Source: Macrostomum lignano
Lineage: Eukaryota
NCBI GenBank assembly: GCA_002269645.1
Contig: NIVC01000023.1
Coordinates: forward strand, 1,449,713 to 1,513,712
DNA length: 64,000 nucleotides
Direction of reading: 5' to 3'
A program made the translations under genes and the position numbers. The notes beneath the pieces were generated by a model. It ran no database searches. It was not told the origin of the DNA and saw only the letters and a program-made list of their open reading frames with translations. Shown in pieces: positions 1 to 13,601 of the stretch (within the stretch, counting starts at the first letter, position 1; the number at the start of each line of letters is the position of its first letter).

Positions 1-3000
1 AAAGCATATATCAGTTTCGAAGTAATCCTAAGCTGTAAAGCTGTACAAAATTTTATATTTACATTATATTTTTTATTACTACGTCATTAGCAAAAAATCA
101 AATAGGCCTAAGACACGGACAGTTAAATATAAATAGCAATCTGAACTAGACTACAAATTATGCCTCAGAACAAAAATATAGTTAAACAAGAGCGACGGTG
201 GATAAAGCTATTTTATAAAAAAAACTTGATAGACACCTTTATTTGTCATTCTATTCAGTAAAATTATTTAAACCTCAGTCTCATGAGTCATTTGCCAATT
301 CATAAGCCGTGGCTTATAAAATAAAGCATATATCTAGAATCCTCGATCGATTATTGTTCATAAATTAGATAAGCAGAAAATTGATGCTAGACGTTTGCAA
401 TGCTTGAAATACAGAAGTCAGTAATCAATATCTAAATCTCATATTTAATTCAATCCAAAAAAGTTTGCTGATATTTCACATCCGTAAGAAGAACCAGGCC
501 AAACATCAATAATAAAGTACTTATTAACATGAAACTGATAACTAAATTAACGAGAGTATTTCAGAACACAAACAGGCGCGACGTAAACAAAGTAAGCAGT
601 TTAACAAAATCCAGCTTAATATTTATTTAAAAAATATCTATTGCAATATTAACCTATTTTTTTTCAGATAAAAACTACTTTTACGGGTTTGTATAAAACA
701 TTTATTTTTAGAATACTATATTTAGTTTCTGATTCTGCGTCCGTACAGTTCCGTAAAAGTGAAGATTAACAAATGGGTAGGAAATTTATTAAGAGGTGTA
801 TTTTGTGCTTTAAAAATGTTTTTTTGAGACCACTTAACGGAAATATAAAAAATTGTATAAAAAATTACCAATTGAAACAACAAATTTTTTTCTACATTTT
901 CTGACTCCCCAGTTTTGACTTTAACCGAGAATTAAGCGTTTTTATTCACATTTGAAATGTTACTTAGTTTTCGTGTGTATCCGTAATAACGACGTTGTAA
1001 CTTAATCCGTCGAGGATTTCAAAATTAAATAAGATGAAAAAGCTTTGAACTACAACCTGACATTAAAATTAAAATTAAAATGAAAATTATACTGTGAACT
1101 GATTTGCCGAATCCTACTTAAAAGGCTTTCCGTTGTGGTATACTTCCTTGCTGAGTTTTGATTTCAGAGAATCCTCTAGCGTGACGTCATTATATAATTT
1201 TTGAAGAAAATACAAATTGGAAACTTAGTATATTTAATTAGACTGCATAACAGACCGTATAATATATTAATATCAGTCTGGCTGTTGAGGACGCACAACG
1301 CGGTTTCACGTCCACAGAAACTGTCTATGGTTGAAAAAGCTTTAGCTATATGCTTAGTGGCGGTTTCGCAGTCCGCGGAGACTGTCTATGGTTGAAACCC
1401 AAATAGAGTTTGAAGCATTCTTCTCCTGGTGGGTGGGTCGAGAGAAAAATAAGATTTAAACAGCTTTAAAGGTTCGTAACTAGCCATTTTTCACTGGGAA
1501 TCAATACTAGAGGAAGATATTAGCGGTATAGAAATGAATGAGATTGCGTTTCTGCAGCAACTTATTTGGACATCGTGATCCTGGTGAAGAAGTTAGTCAG
1601 TGGACAGGTCTGAGCGTAAGACAGCAGCAGTTGATTGACGCAGAATTGTCCAATCCAAGCACATTCAACATTACACCACGCTAGACAGATGTGTCGTGGA
1701 TTGCAGTTTCAAACTACGACCATGTATTTGAGGTAACTATTGATGAACTATCCAACCACGGGTAGGTTGGATAGTTAGTTGCAAGAGGGTGTTTGCAACC
1801 ATGTTATTTACTGAATTCTTTCGTTTATTTCGTGTTTCATTCATGTTGTGTTTGCTCTCGCAGTGAAATATACTGAGACGAAAAGTTATCCAATTTTACC
1901 CATGCTTAAATCAGTCGTGAGCAGATTTGCTTTGACCATAGACAGTGACGGCGGACAAATGTAGAGCGTTTCAATCGCGTTTCAACCCAGGCAGCCTACC
2001 CATAACAAGTATCGCGCATTCGATAGGATATACCGGCATAGATGAGGTTTCCATTTTAAATAATCTGCCGGAACTTTATGGTGCCAGAAGCACATCTAGA
2101 AACGTCGAAAGTTTAGTAATCCGACTTAGTACTCAGATACTCAGATTATCAACAAAAAAATCTAGCTACCGTGAAACATGCCGCTGTCTTTTGTTCGAAA
2201 AAAGGAATTATCTACGAAACAAACAAGGAATATTTTAAATTTGGCAATCCGCCTTAAGTGCACAAGACATGAAATTGTAATAGTAATAAACACTGAGGGT
2301 GTTTTGTGTATTTAATTTGCAAAATATCAACTATTTACAAGAAATAGGCACAGAAAAATACAAAAAAACGCTGGCTAACCATGCGCGCATAGTTAGAAAA
2401 ACTTTTGAAGGCCAAATATCGAGATAGACAAAATTAGCTGGTGCACAATTCCAATACATAATCAATTTTTGCAACTGCAAAATAGAAGACCGTGTGGTAT
2501 AAACTAAGCGAATGCAAAACTCACAATGTAAGTCAAAGGCATCAATTGACATATATATAATATATGTATATATATATATGTTTATAATCAAGGCATTTTC
2601 GATTGGTGCTTCGTTTTGTATAAAAAAACAATGATTTCCACCCTGGTCTTATTAGCTACCGTCTGCAGTTGGCGGTTTCATATATCAATACAGCAACAAT
2701 AATAAGGTAAGAAAATGAAAGTCTTTGAAGTAAAAAAAACTGATTACAGAATATTTAAAGCTATCAGCATAACCGAGAGAGGTTAGATTATAATATATAG
2801 AATAAAGCGACAAGATATGTCTTGTTGGTTTAATAATAATAATAAAACTACTGAAAATACGAATTACTAAGGCATTAAAAGAGGCCTCTTAGCAGCTAAA
2901 AAATGAATTCTATTTATGAAAAATATACACAGATCAATAGAAAAGAGAACAACAAAACACGAGTGACACAGAAAAATCGCGCACCCTCTCATGCAGTTAC

Positions 3001-3113
3001 CATGGTCTGCAAAACAAAACGCCAAACGTAAAGGAAAAATGCTATTAATTATCAGTTAGTGGTGTACCAAATATGTGCGTAATTTATCGATATTTAGCCC
3101 ACGACAAGGCTCG

Positions 3114-3811
3114 TCACGTGACCGTCTCGTGAACGCCGACAGCTGACGGACCGGCTGTGCTTGACGACTGGGCGCCAACGAGCAGCAACGATCTGGACGA
3201 GCGCGGCCGAGCCAAACTGCTGCCAGACGTTGGCTCGCAGCCGCTGTCGAAATCTGTGGAGCTGGGACTCTTCTGGCCGGTGAAGGTGCTGCACAGAGGG
3301 ACCGCCTGTTGCTGCTGGTATGAGAGCTGCTGTTGCAGCAAAACCCGTTGCGCGTGCCTACTCCCACGCGAACTGGTCAATGATGACTGCTGTTGAGTCA
3401 ATAATTGCTGCTCCTGCAACTGTTGGAGACGCTGATGATTGTGCAAATAGCAGGCCTGCGAATCGTAACCATGACAACGCAGGTGCTCTACAGAGTCGCC
3501 GCTACTCGCGCTGCCAGTGTTATAGTCGCTAGTTTCTGTTGGCTGCTGCTGCTGCTGCTGCTGCTGTGGCTTCTGCTTTTGCCGTTTCTGCTGCTGCTGG
3601 GTAAACTGAGACAGCTGTTGTATTGGCTGGTAGGAGCGCTGGTGCTGCAGCAGAGGGAACCGGCTGTTGCCGTTCCCCATAGCAACCGCATTACCCCCAC
3701 CGCCGCCACCATTGACAATGAGATCCGGCTCGCTTCGATGGGCGTTATTACCGTTGCCATAGCGACTTAAACGTTGAGAAGATTTTCGACGCAACTGCAA
3801 CTGATCAGCCG

Positions 3812-3842
<31 letters not shown>

Positions 3843-6800
3843 CAGGTGGAACGGCGGAATCGGCGGCGGCGCGGAACCGCCAGCGGCGGCGGCAGCAGCG
3901 GCAGCAGCAGCAGCGGCGGCGGCCGGAGCAAACGAAGGAGGCGGCAGGCCAACAGAGAATAATTCGCCAGATTTCGAATGCGGCAAAGCCATCATTGATG
4001 ACATCATTAGTGGGATTTGCTGCTGCTGTTGCTGTTGCTGCGGTTGCTGCTGCTGCAGAAGAGACGGCTGCCGGGACAGGCCAGACAACGCCGGCTCCGA
4101 CCGGTACATCTGCTCCCGGTGCGCCCGCGCCTGATCCTCCAATCGTTGGCTAAGCGATCGTTTCATTCGCCGCGACTTCCTACGCAGGAACACGAACACC
4201 ACGCACCAGAGCAGGGTGGTGAGCAGCACGCAGGATGTCGCCGACACCACGACCGCGAATATCAGCAGGGAGAAGTTCGTGCCGCCGCTGCCGCCGCCGG
4301 GATCCCCGGTGGACACCTTAGACGAGCCGTCGACGTCGCCGCCATCGGCTGTAGACACCGGCGGCGACGGCGGCCGCCTAGTCGTAGTTGTCAGCCATTT
4401 GGCACCGTCGTCCACTTCAACAATCGGCCGGTTGCCAACCACCAGCTGAACCCGGCGACTAACCAGCCCGACAGGGTTGCGAGCTTCGCACTGATAGACG
4501 CCAGCGTCGGCCAGCACAGCCGATGTCAGGCGAAGCTGCGACTCGCTGCGATTGTTCAACAGCTGATCGTTGAAGTACCAGGCATAATTTGGCGCCGGGT
4601 TGGCGTCGGCTTTGCAGTCCAAGACGAGGTCGCCGCCGGGTCTGACGCCGACCCTGGCCGACCAGGCCGAGTCGGACACGAACTTAGGACTGGTGAGCAC
4701 CTCCAGATTGAATGCGGTCTCAACCCGGCCGCCGGCATTCTCGCTGATGCAGATGTACCGACCCGTGTCGGCGCTGGTCAATCGGCGTATGCCGAATTTA
4801 GCGGCGTCGCCTTCCGGCAGAGTTAAACGACGCTCCACAGCGGCTGGGAAGTTGCCAAGGCGACGGAGGCTCTGCTCCGGTTTGGGGAAGCCGACGCTGG
4901 CACAGGGAATCTCAACGCTATCGCCCTCATTGGCCTCGTAGAGCGGCTTGGGTCGTTGGACGAATCGAGGAGGTGATAGAACTCGAATGGTGGCTGCTAG
5001 GGAATAGACGGCCGCCTGCGAGCTGCTGACTGTGACGGAGCAGCGGTAGAGTCCGGAGTCGCTGGTGTTCAGCTGAGTTAGACGGAGCTGGGCGCGCCAC
5101 TCTTTGTCCGAGCGGATCAGGCTGACCTGCAGTTTTTAGTAGTTGGATATGGGATATGTAACTGAAAATATGGGATTAGTAACTGAAAATATGGGATTAG
5201 TAACTGCAGATATGGGATTAGGAACTGCATATATGGGATTAGGATTAGGAACTGCAGATATGGAATAAGGAACTGCTGATATGGGATAAGGAACTGCATA
5301 TATGGGATTAGGGACTGCATATATGGGATTAAGAACTGTATATATGGGATTAGGGACTGCATATATGGGATTATTAACTGCATATATGGGATTAGGAACG
5401 GCATATATGGGATTAGGAACTGCATATATGGGATTAAGAATTGCAGATATGGGATTAGGAGTTGCAGATACGGGATTAGGAACTGCAGATACGGGATTAG
5501 GAACTGCAGATATGGGATTAGGGACTGCATATATGAGATTATTAACTGCATATATGGGATTAGGAACGGCATATATGGGATTAGGAACTGCATATATGGG
5601 ATTAAGAACTGCAGATATGGGATTAGGAGTTGCAGATACGGGATTAGGAACTGCAGATATGGGATTAGGATTAGAACTGCAGATATGGGATAAGGAACTG
5701 CAGATATGGGATAAGGAACTGCAGATATGGGATTAGGAACTGCTGATATGGGATTAGGAACTGCAGATATGGGATTAAGAACTGCAGATATGGGATTAAG
5801 AGCTGCAAATATGGGATTAGGAACTGCAGATATGGGATTAGGAACTGCTGATATGGGATTAGGAACTGCAGATATGGGATTAGGAACTGCAGATATGGGA
5901 TAAGGAACTGCAGATATGGGATTAGGAACTGCAGATATGGGATTAGGAACTATGGGATTAGGGACTGCATATATGGGATTATTAACTGCATATATGGGAT
6001 TAGGAACGGCATATATGGGATTAGGAACTGCATATATGGGATTAGGAACTGCATATATGGGATTATTAACTGCATATATGGGATTAGGAACGGCATATAT
6101 GGGATTAGGAACTGCATATATGGCATTAAGAACTGCAGATATGGGATTAGGAGCTGCAAATATGGGATTAGGAACTGCAGATATGGGATTAGGAACTGCA
6201 GATATGGGATTAGGAACTGCAGGTATGGGATTAGAAACGCGCACAAAAGAATGAACTCAGCTCACCTGATCAGGCGCTAACACCAAATTCGAGTACTCAG
6301 ACTTGCTCAACAGCGAAGCCGAGTCGCCCCCGCTAGCTGCAGAGCCCGACGCCACCATGCCAACGCTGACTGCGCCGCTTGAACTGCCAGGCTTAGCAGA
6401 AGACTTAGCAACAGCGTCTAATGTCATTGGCGCGCGTTGCCAAGTAACCAGAGGTGGCAAATTAGACAATATTGTGCAATCTAAATTGAGATTCTGACCA
6501 ACTAATTTGGCTTCGCTAGGCGGATGCGAGATCACTTTAGGCACCAGGCCGATCTCGCAGTTGGCAGCCTGAGATTCGCCTCGCAAATTAAAAACGCTGT
6601 GGCCGCGCAGCGCCGGCGGACTGGCGCACAGGACGCTGACTTCGGGCTCCGCGAAGCCTTTCGATCGAAGCCAGGACACGAAAGCTCGCAGGCTGCACAG
6701 GCCGCACTGATAGTGTGCGGTCTGCAGGTGTCTGTAAAAAGTTTTTACGAAGAAAACGCGCATAAATTACTGTAAGTAGAAGAGCAAAGCCGACAAAATA

Positions 6801-9135
6801 TAAAATACGTTTATATTTTTAACTATGAAAAACGGGTCGCTGAAACTTCATACCTACCCGAACCCAATCTACCTGAGAATCGCCTCCCCCAACCCTACCT
6901 GAGAATCGCCCTCAACCCTACCTGAGAATCGCCCCCTCAACCCTACCTGAGAATCGCCCCCTCAACCCTACCTGAGAACCGCCCCCTCATCCCTACCTGA
7001 GAGTCGCCTTCTCAACCCTACCTGAGAATCGAGGCTAGTACTGATAGCACCATTTAAAAAACCGATCAACTTACAACTTTCTAAGAAAGATCATTCCCTT
7101 AAGATCGTTGGACTCGCTCTCCTCCACCCCGGTAATATTGTTGCCGCGCAGATCCAGCTCCTCTAGACGAACCAGGCCGCTGAAATAGCCCCCGAATCAT
7201 TGAGAGTCGATTCGATGCCAGAGACAGGCGGCGCAGCTGATTAAGCGACTCGAACACCTTGTCGTCAATCACGTGGATGCTGTTGTTGGATAGATCTCTG
7301 GAGAAAACAGATCAAATAAGAGTGGGAGGAATTAGTAATATCTATATAATGTGCAAAGCAGGAGACCTTGTCTTATCAAAAATATAATTCTTTTAATATC
7401 CAAAATGTAAATCAAATTTAAATCTTATCTCTTAAAGATTCAAGATCTAATCTTTTAAAGATTCAAAATCTAAACTCTCAAAGATTTGAGATCTAATCTC
7501 TCAAAGATTCAAGATCTAATCTCTCAAAGATTCGAGATTTAATCTCTATAAGATTCGAGATTTAAATCTCTCAAAGATTCGAGATCTAATCTCTCAAAGA
7601 TTCGAGATCTAATCTCTCAAAGATTCGAGATCTAATCTCTCAAAGATTCGAGATCTAATCTCTCAAAGATTCGAGATCTAATCTCTCAAAGATTCGAGAT
7701 CTAATCTCTCAAAGATTCGAGATCTAATCTCTCAAAGATTCGAGATTTAATCTCTCAAAGATTCGAGATTTAATCTCCCAAAGATTCGAGATCTAATCTC
7801 TCAAAGATTCGAGATCTAATCTCTCAAAGATTCGAGATCTAATCTCTCAAAGATTCGAGATCTAATCTCTCAAAGATTCGAGATCTAATCTCTCAAAGAT
7901 TCGAGATTTAATCTCTCAAAGATTCGAGATCTAATCTCTCAAAGATTCGAGATCTAATCTCTCAAAGATTCGAGATTTAATCTCTCAAAGATTCGAGATT
8001 TAATCTCTCAAAGATTCGAGATCTAATCTCTCAAAGATTCGAGATTTAATCTCTCAAAGATTCGAGATCTAATCTCTCAAAGATTCGAGATCTAATCTCT
8101 CAAAGATTCGAGATTTAATCTCTCAAAGATTCGAGATTTAATCTCTCAAAGATTCGAGATCTAATCTCTCAAAGATTCGAGATTTAATCTCTCAAAGATT
8201 CGAGATCTAATCTCTCAAAGATTCGAGATTTAATCTCTCAAAGATTCGAGATCTAATCTCTTGAGAATTCGAGATCTAATCTCTTGAGAATTCGAGATCT
8301 ACCCTCTCAAATATTTAAAATCTGATATCAAATATTTGAAATCTAGTCTCTTAAAGATCAAGATCTAATCTCTCAAAGATTCGAAGTCTAACCTGTAAGA
8401 TCTGTAATCCAATTTCTAGGATCCAAAATCTATTCACTACGTAAAAGAATTTTGATTCTAATCTTAAAAGCAACTTACAGTTCCTTGAGCCGATGCAGGC
8501 CGCCAAAGGCGTTGCTAGGCAGCTGGGCCAAATTGGGATTGCTACTTAGACGCAGCACCTCCAGACGACTCAAAGGATCAAAGATGCCGCCAATGAAGCT
8601 GAGCTGATTGTGATCCAGGTAGAGCTTCTGCAGCTTCTTCAACTGCTCGAACGCGTCGGTTTGCACAGTTCGAATATCGTTATGCGACAATTGAAGAATC
8701 TGCAACTCGTCCAGACCGTAGGCGATCTCGCGGTTCATCGAGGCCACCCGATTGTTGCTGAGATCGAGCGAGTGCAGACCGCCGCCTTCGATATAGAATG
8801 AGCCGGCGCCGAAGAACTGCAGCCGATTGCGACTCAACCTGAGCTCTTTGAGGCTGGGCCATTTGCCGAACATGAGCGGCGGCACGAATTCCAGGCCGTT
8901 CTGGCTGAGATCCAACGACTCGACCGAGGGAAAGTGCGGGAAGATGTCCGGCCGACTCTTGCGACTCTGTGACACGGACTGGTTGAGGCTGACGTGCAGG
9001 CGGTTCCGGGCAAGGCGGAACTGACGCAGGTGAAGGAGGCGGCTTGTGCCGACCAGCGGGTCGATGCGGCCGATGCGGTTGTTCTGGACCAGCCTGGGGT
9101 GCCGGGCAGCGGGGTGGCGGACAGGGGCTTAGGCA
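3114..9135 (-). CDS. LRIG: LRIG/lambik-like LRR + 3 Ig + TM receptor; exons 9135-8479, 7297-7075, 6731-6266, 5126-3114; N-terminus unresolved, one frameshift
   Basis: GT-AG exons with matching phases. LRR repeats (LDLSQNGL, LRLSRNRL, LDLSNNRV, LYLDHNQL, LDLRGNNI) and an LRRCT (LHLQTAHYQCGLCSLRAFVSWL...CASPPALRG). Three Ig domains (LDCTIL..VTWQ; DSGLYRC; IPCASVGFPKP; DTGRYIC; LDCKADANPAP.YAWY; DAGVYQC). The LRIG hallmark FPAAVERR (vertebrate DFPAARERR) is present. TM LLIFAVVVSATSCVLLTTLLWCVVFVFL, then a long poly-Q tail. Exon 7297-7075 is 223 bp, one base too many at the C5 run 7189-7193. An in-frame TAA at 9129-9131 lies near the 5' edge of the first defined exon. Confidence 0.88.
5145..6235. 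repeat. 21-bp minisatellite (ATATGGGATTAGGAACTGCAG) filling an LRIG intron
   Basis: About 50 tandem units with variants, seen directly. It explains ORFs 5117..6244, 5302..5736 and 5916..6254. Confidence 0.95.
6858..7030. repeat. ~25-bp tandem repeat (AACCCTACCTGAGAATCGCCCCCTC), intronic
   Basis: About 7 imperfect copies seen directly. Confidence 0.9.
7435..8400. repeat. 23-bp minisatellite (GAGATCTAATCTCTCAAAGATTC), intronic
   Basis: About 35 near-identical units with degenerate flanks. Confidence 0.95.
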
Positions 9136-9137
9136 CT

Positions 9138-9605
<468 letters not shown>

Positions 9606-10834
9606 CATGGAGACACACAGAGAAAAACATGCATTTAGATTCGCTGCAACAAAAACTCCAAGTTGAAAAGAATACTGCTCAATAACTAATTACAGTAAAA
9701 GCAATTGCTGCTACCATCAGAAGCCAACGCCAATCAACAAGAACAAGAGATTGACAATACGCAAAATAAATACAATATTAGAACAAAGGAGTCGCTCAAC
9801 TGTCAATCACTTAAATTGCAGTTTAAAAGGATTTTAAAATCTCTTTTTTACTGTCATTTCCAGAAACAACAATCGCAGAACAGAAGCACATCGAGGGCTG
9901 ATGGAGACACGGGTTTTTAATGTTCGGGAATTCGTGTTCAAAACAGGTAGCAAGGGTGCAAAGGGAGCTAAAGCTCCGTTGGCTAGCGTGGCTGGGCGGG
10001 TATTACTATAATCCTCCCTAGCCGGACGGCATCAACTACAGGCAAGCTAATAATAATAATAATAGTTGAGAGACTACTAATACTTATCCATCGATACGCG
10101 CTAACAGAAACTAAGATAGGTACCTCAGTTACCTCTATCTGTGTATATATACCCTTCACACAGCAACAACAGCAAATCCTCTCCCTCTACGCACAGCCTT
10201 ATATATACATATATATATATCGCTCCTCTAAACTTTCCTAGAAACTTTGCTTACTTCAAAAACAAGGCCCCCTCGACGCAAAAGGGCGGAAGAGAGTGGA
10301 AGAAGGGCCCGGAGGAACTGTAGGGGAAAGGGAGAGAGCGAGTGAACACAACACGCTGGACTAGGCGGAATTAAGTAGTTAGTAGTGGGATAGCCAGATG
10401 CATAGCGGAAGCTGCAGTTCGTTGAAAGACAGGCTGCCTGCCTTCTTATTGCCCTGCTTGGAAGCTTCTAGCAGAAGAAAAAAACACGCAAAAAAGCGCA
10501 CACAGTTAAGAGGGTGCTTCCTAATCCCCCCTAATACCAATCGAATGTGTAAAAAAATTCAAATAGATCATGGTCGAGTAGGAAAAACAGGATACAACAA
10601 AATACTGAAAACTGCTACCCTCAGGGTGGTTAGGACTGCATTGTTTATATACGCTGCTCCTATGCGTATATCGGAATTGAAGAGATTCTAGACAGGCAAA
10701 GGATTGCCTGACTGTTTGTTGGAAAAACAACACACTGATGTGCGCGAGTTGCTTTGTAATGCAGTGGGCATACAGTTGTTACTTCTAGCAGACCGCTAAT
10801 TGGAGCTTTGGAGGATATGTGCAGGTAGGCAGAA

Positions 10835-11185
10835 AGATGGGAGATGAGAGATGGAGGTAGAGATGTGAGAGGGAGGGAGAGAGATGTGAGTGGGAGGGAG
10901 AGAGATGTGAGAGGGAGGGAGAGGATGAGAGGGAGGGAGGGAGATGTGAGAGGGAGTTGTGAGAGGGAGGGAGAGAGATGTGAGAGGGAGGGAGAGAGAT
11001 GTGAGAGGGAGGGAGAGAGATGTGAGAGGGAGTTGTGAGAGGGAGGGAGAGAGATGTGAGAGGGAGGTAGAGAGATGTGAGAGGGAGGGAGAGATGTGAG
11101 AGGGAGTTGTGAGAGGGTGGGAGAGAGGTATGAGACGGACGGAGATGTAAAAAGGAGGTAGAGAGATGTGAGAGGGAGAGAGGGT
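10835..11185. repeat. Purine-rich degenerate repeat (GAGAGATGTGAGAGGGAGG)
   Basis: Seen directly. Confidence 0.85.
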
Positions 11186-11648
11186 TTAGCAAATGGAATA
11201 AAACGACTGAGGAATTACGGATGCAACGCTAGAATACACACATGTAGGCAGCTAAGGACATGGAGACAGGTAAACAGCCTAGAAGACAGAAGCAGCTTGA
11301 ATATTTTGTCTATCGAAATAGACAAAGTCTTAAAATCTATAAGTTCATAAATTTAAAAGCAATGAAAGATTCAAAAAGAAAAAGGCGGTCATACACACGT
11401 GGCTTGAACATCCAAGGAATCTACAACAATAAACAAATCCTTGAGAGATGCTTTTAACCCTCTCCAAATTTCAAGTGGTTTTTTCTTCAATCAATTCTTC
11501 GAAAGGCTTTTTTAGTCGTTTTTTTTCAAGTCATCATACACTCAGTGTAGTATAAACAGATTTTACAGCACTTCACAAACATTTTTATGGGCCACTAAAC
11601 ATCCAAGGCTAAGATTTTAAGTAATAATAATAATTTGATTTTACATAC

Positions 11649-12058
11649 TCAGGAAGACTCTGGACACCCTGGACAGACATGGTCCCACGCAACCAGCGCC
11701 GAGGCAATTCTGACCAATTCTGAGCACATACTGTACGCAGGCATGCACTGACTTTCAAAGACTCAGACGGCGCGGTCAACGCTATGACCAGCGGTAGAGT
11801 TTTAGATAGATGCGATTTTTATGAAAAAAACACGCTACCACAACGCACCTCTCCTCTATCCCCCCTAGAGGCAGAAAGTAGGAAGACTACAAGGAAAGAA
11901 ATAAGAATAGAAGAAATTGAAAGTTTCTGCAGACAAACGGATAGATAGCTGGCGGTGGACGATGGTGTCTGTATGATAGAAGACAAGCAAAAGAAGAAGA
12001 AGCAGAGCAGCGGCACAGCGGCAGCAGCAGCAACAGCTGCCCCACACGGATATGACAT
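11649..12058 (-). CDS. Candidate N-terminal exon(s) of the LRIG-like gene (signal peptide / LRRNT-like region)
   Basis: The frame MSYPC...ISSILISFLVVFLLSASRGDRGE is followed by a GTGCGT donor at about 11845. A second frame, ...ACLRTVCAQNWSELPRRW...GVQSLP, ends at a phase-2 GTATGT donor (11647-11648), which matches the phase of the 9135 acceptor. The phases between the two pieces do not join without an indel. Confidence 0.3.
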
Positions 12059-12215
12059 GCAAATTGCAAAGTCTTTCTTCTATCAGCCGGCCCGGCAACA
12101 CAATCCTGCCGATGGGTATATTAGCCAGAGAAGAGAAAAAGGCGTCGGATCTGTTTCAGTTAGCTAGAAGAAGACGCTTTTTCTCGATTAGCTAAGCAGC
12201 ACCAAGGGAAGGAAG

Positions 12216-12259
<44 letters not shown>

Positions 12260-12496
12260 ACACACACACACACTGGCCACATGTGCGAACCACATGCTAG
12301 CTATGGGAGCAATTGCGGCCTAACACCACAGTCTCCACAGCTTGTGTCCTGGCCCCGAACTAATAAATGACAAAACCTTTTCAAAGTTATTAACGCCGCC
12401 AGAATCGTAAAAGCTGCGCAGCTCGCGCTTAGAATCGGTTTTCTTCAGTCTGAAAACTTTTTTGCTTCTTTTTTTCTTAAGAAAACTGATGGACAC

Positions 12497-12935
12497 ACCC
12501 TCTGATCAAGCTTGCTGGCGCCCCTGATACTGATGGCGCCCCTGATACTGATGGCGCCCCTGGTGCTAAAGCCCCTGGTGCTGGCACCCCTGGTGCTGGC
12601 ACCCCTGGTGCTGGCACCCCTGGTGCTAAAGCCCTTGGTGCTAAAGCCCCTGGTGCTAAAGCTCCTGGTGCTGGCACCCATGGTGCTAAAGCCCTTGGTG
12701 CTAGCACCCATGGTGCTAAAGCCCTTGGTGCTAGCACCCCTGGTGCTAAAGCCCCTGGTGCTGGCCCCCCTGGTGCTAAAGCCCCTGGTGCTGGCACCCC
12801 TGGTGCTAAAGCCCTTGGTGCTAAAGCCCCTGGTGCTAAAGCCCCTGGTGCTGGCACCCATGGTGCTAAAGCCCTTGGTGCTAGCACCCCTGGTGCTAAA
12901 GCCCCTGGTGCTGGCCCCCCTGGAGCTAAAGCTCC
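12497..12935. repeat. 15-bp minisatellite (CCCCTGGTGCTAAAG / CCCCTGGTGCTGGCA)
   Basis: About 27 units. Several frames are open because the unit length is a multiple of 3. Confidence 0.93.
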
Positions 12936-13570
12936 GTTGACTGACGCCACAATTGCTGGCATTTCTATTATCAAGCGTCCTGACAGCGTTAATTTGGCTG
13001 TTGCTGACTATATAAAAGAGCATACATTTGCATTGTTATCCGGGGCTCATCAATCATGCCACAGTCGTGCCAAAAGTCTCAGTTTTTGGGAAGAATGCAG
13101 CCAAAAGTTGGTTAGAATTGGTTAAAGCATAGGAGCCATGACAGCGCATTACCGCAGCTCAACTGAGAGCTGATCTAAGCTGGAGATCGTGTCGTGTCAA
13201 CGCGCAGTGCGGGTAAAGCGGTATTATAAAACTACTCAAATGTCCAGCCAAGCCCCACACATTTCTCTCTCTCCTGTTCCTCTCTTTCCTCTATAGCACA
13301 CGCCACACACCATGCGCGAGATCTTCTCACTTCTCATACACTCTATAGCGCCTACAACTCTTGCCTCAAAATCTGCATTGTCCCTTCACCCAGTAACCCA
13401 CTGCTAACTAACCAAACCGCCTACCAAGCCCTCCCTTACCTCATCACAATTGAGCCTCCAGTTTAGAGAGAGAAATAGGAGGACTTAGGGGTGGTTAGTA
13501 AGGCTCATTAACACTAGGAGAATTGGAATAATAGAGCTTAGCAGAAGCTCAGCCTGAGCAGTAGCGCACG

Positions 13571-13601
<31 letters not shown>

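Noticed and set aside
1945-2238. 97-aa ORF downstream of the LRIG stop
   Set aside because: It starts at GTG and shows no recognisable motif; it is possibly a TE relic, but that is unsupported.
4017-4941. Plus-strand ORFs of 269, 77 and 113 aa
   Set aside because: They are antisense shadows of the GC-rich LRIG terminal exon and show no domain signal.
5117-6254. 375-aa and overlapping repetitive ORFs (AVPNPIS / MGLGTAD repeats)
   Set aside because: They are translations of a 21-bp intronic minisatellite between two in-phase LRIG exons.
12497-12935. Collagen-like call for the GAP/PG-rich repeat
   Set aside because: The periodicity is 5 residues, not Gly-X-Y triplets.
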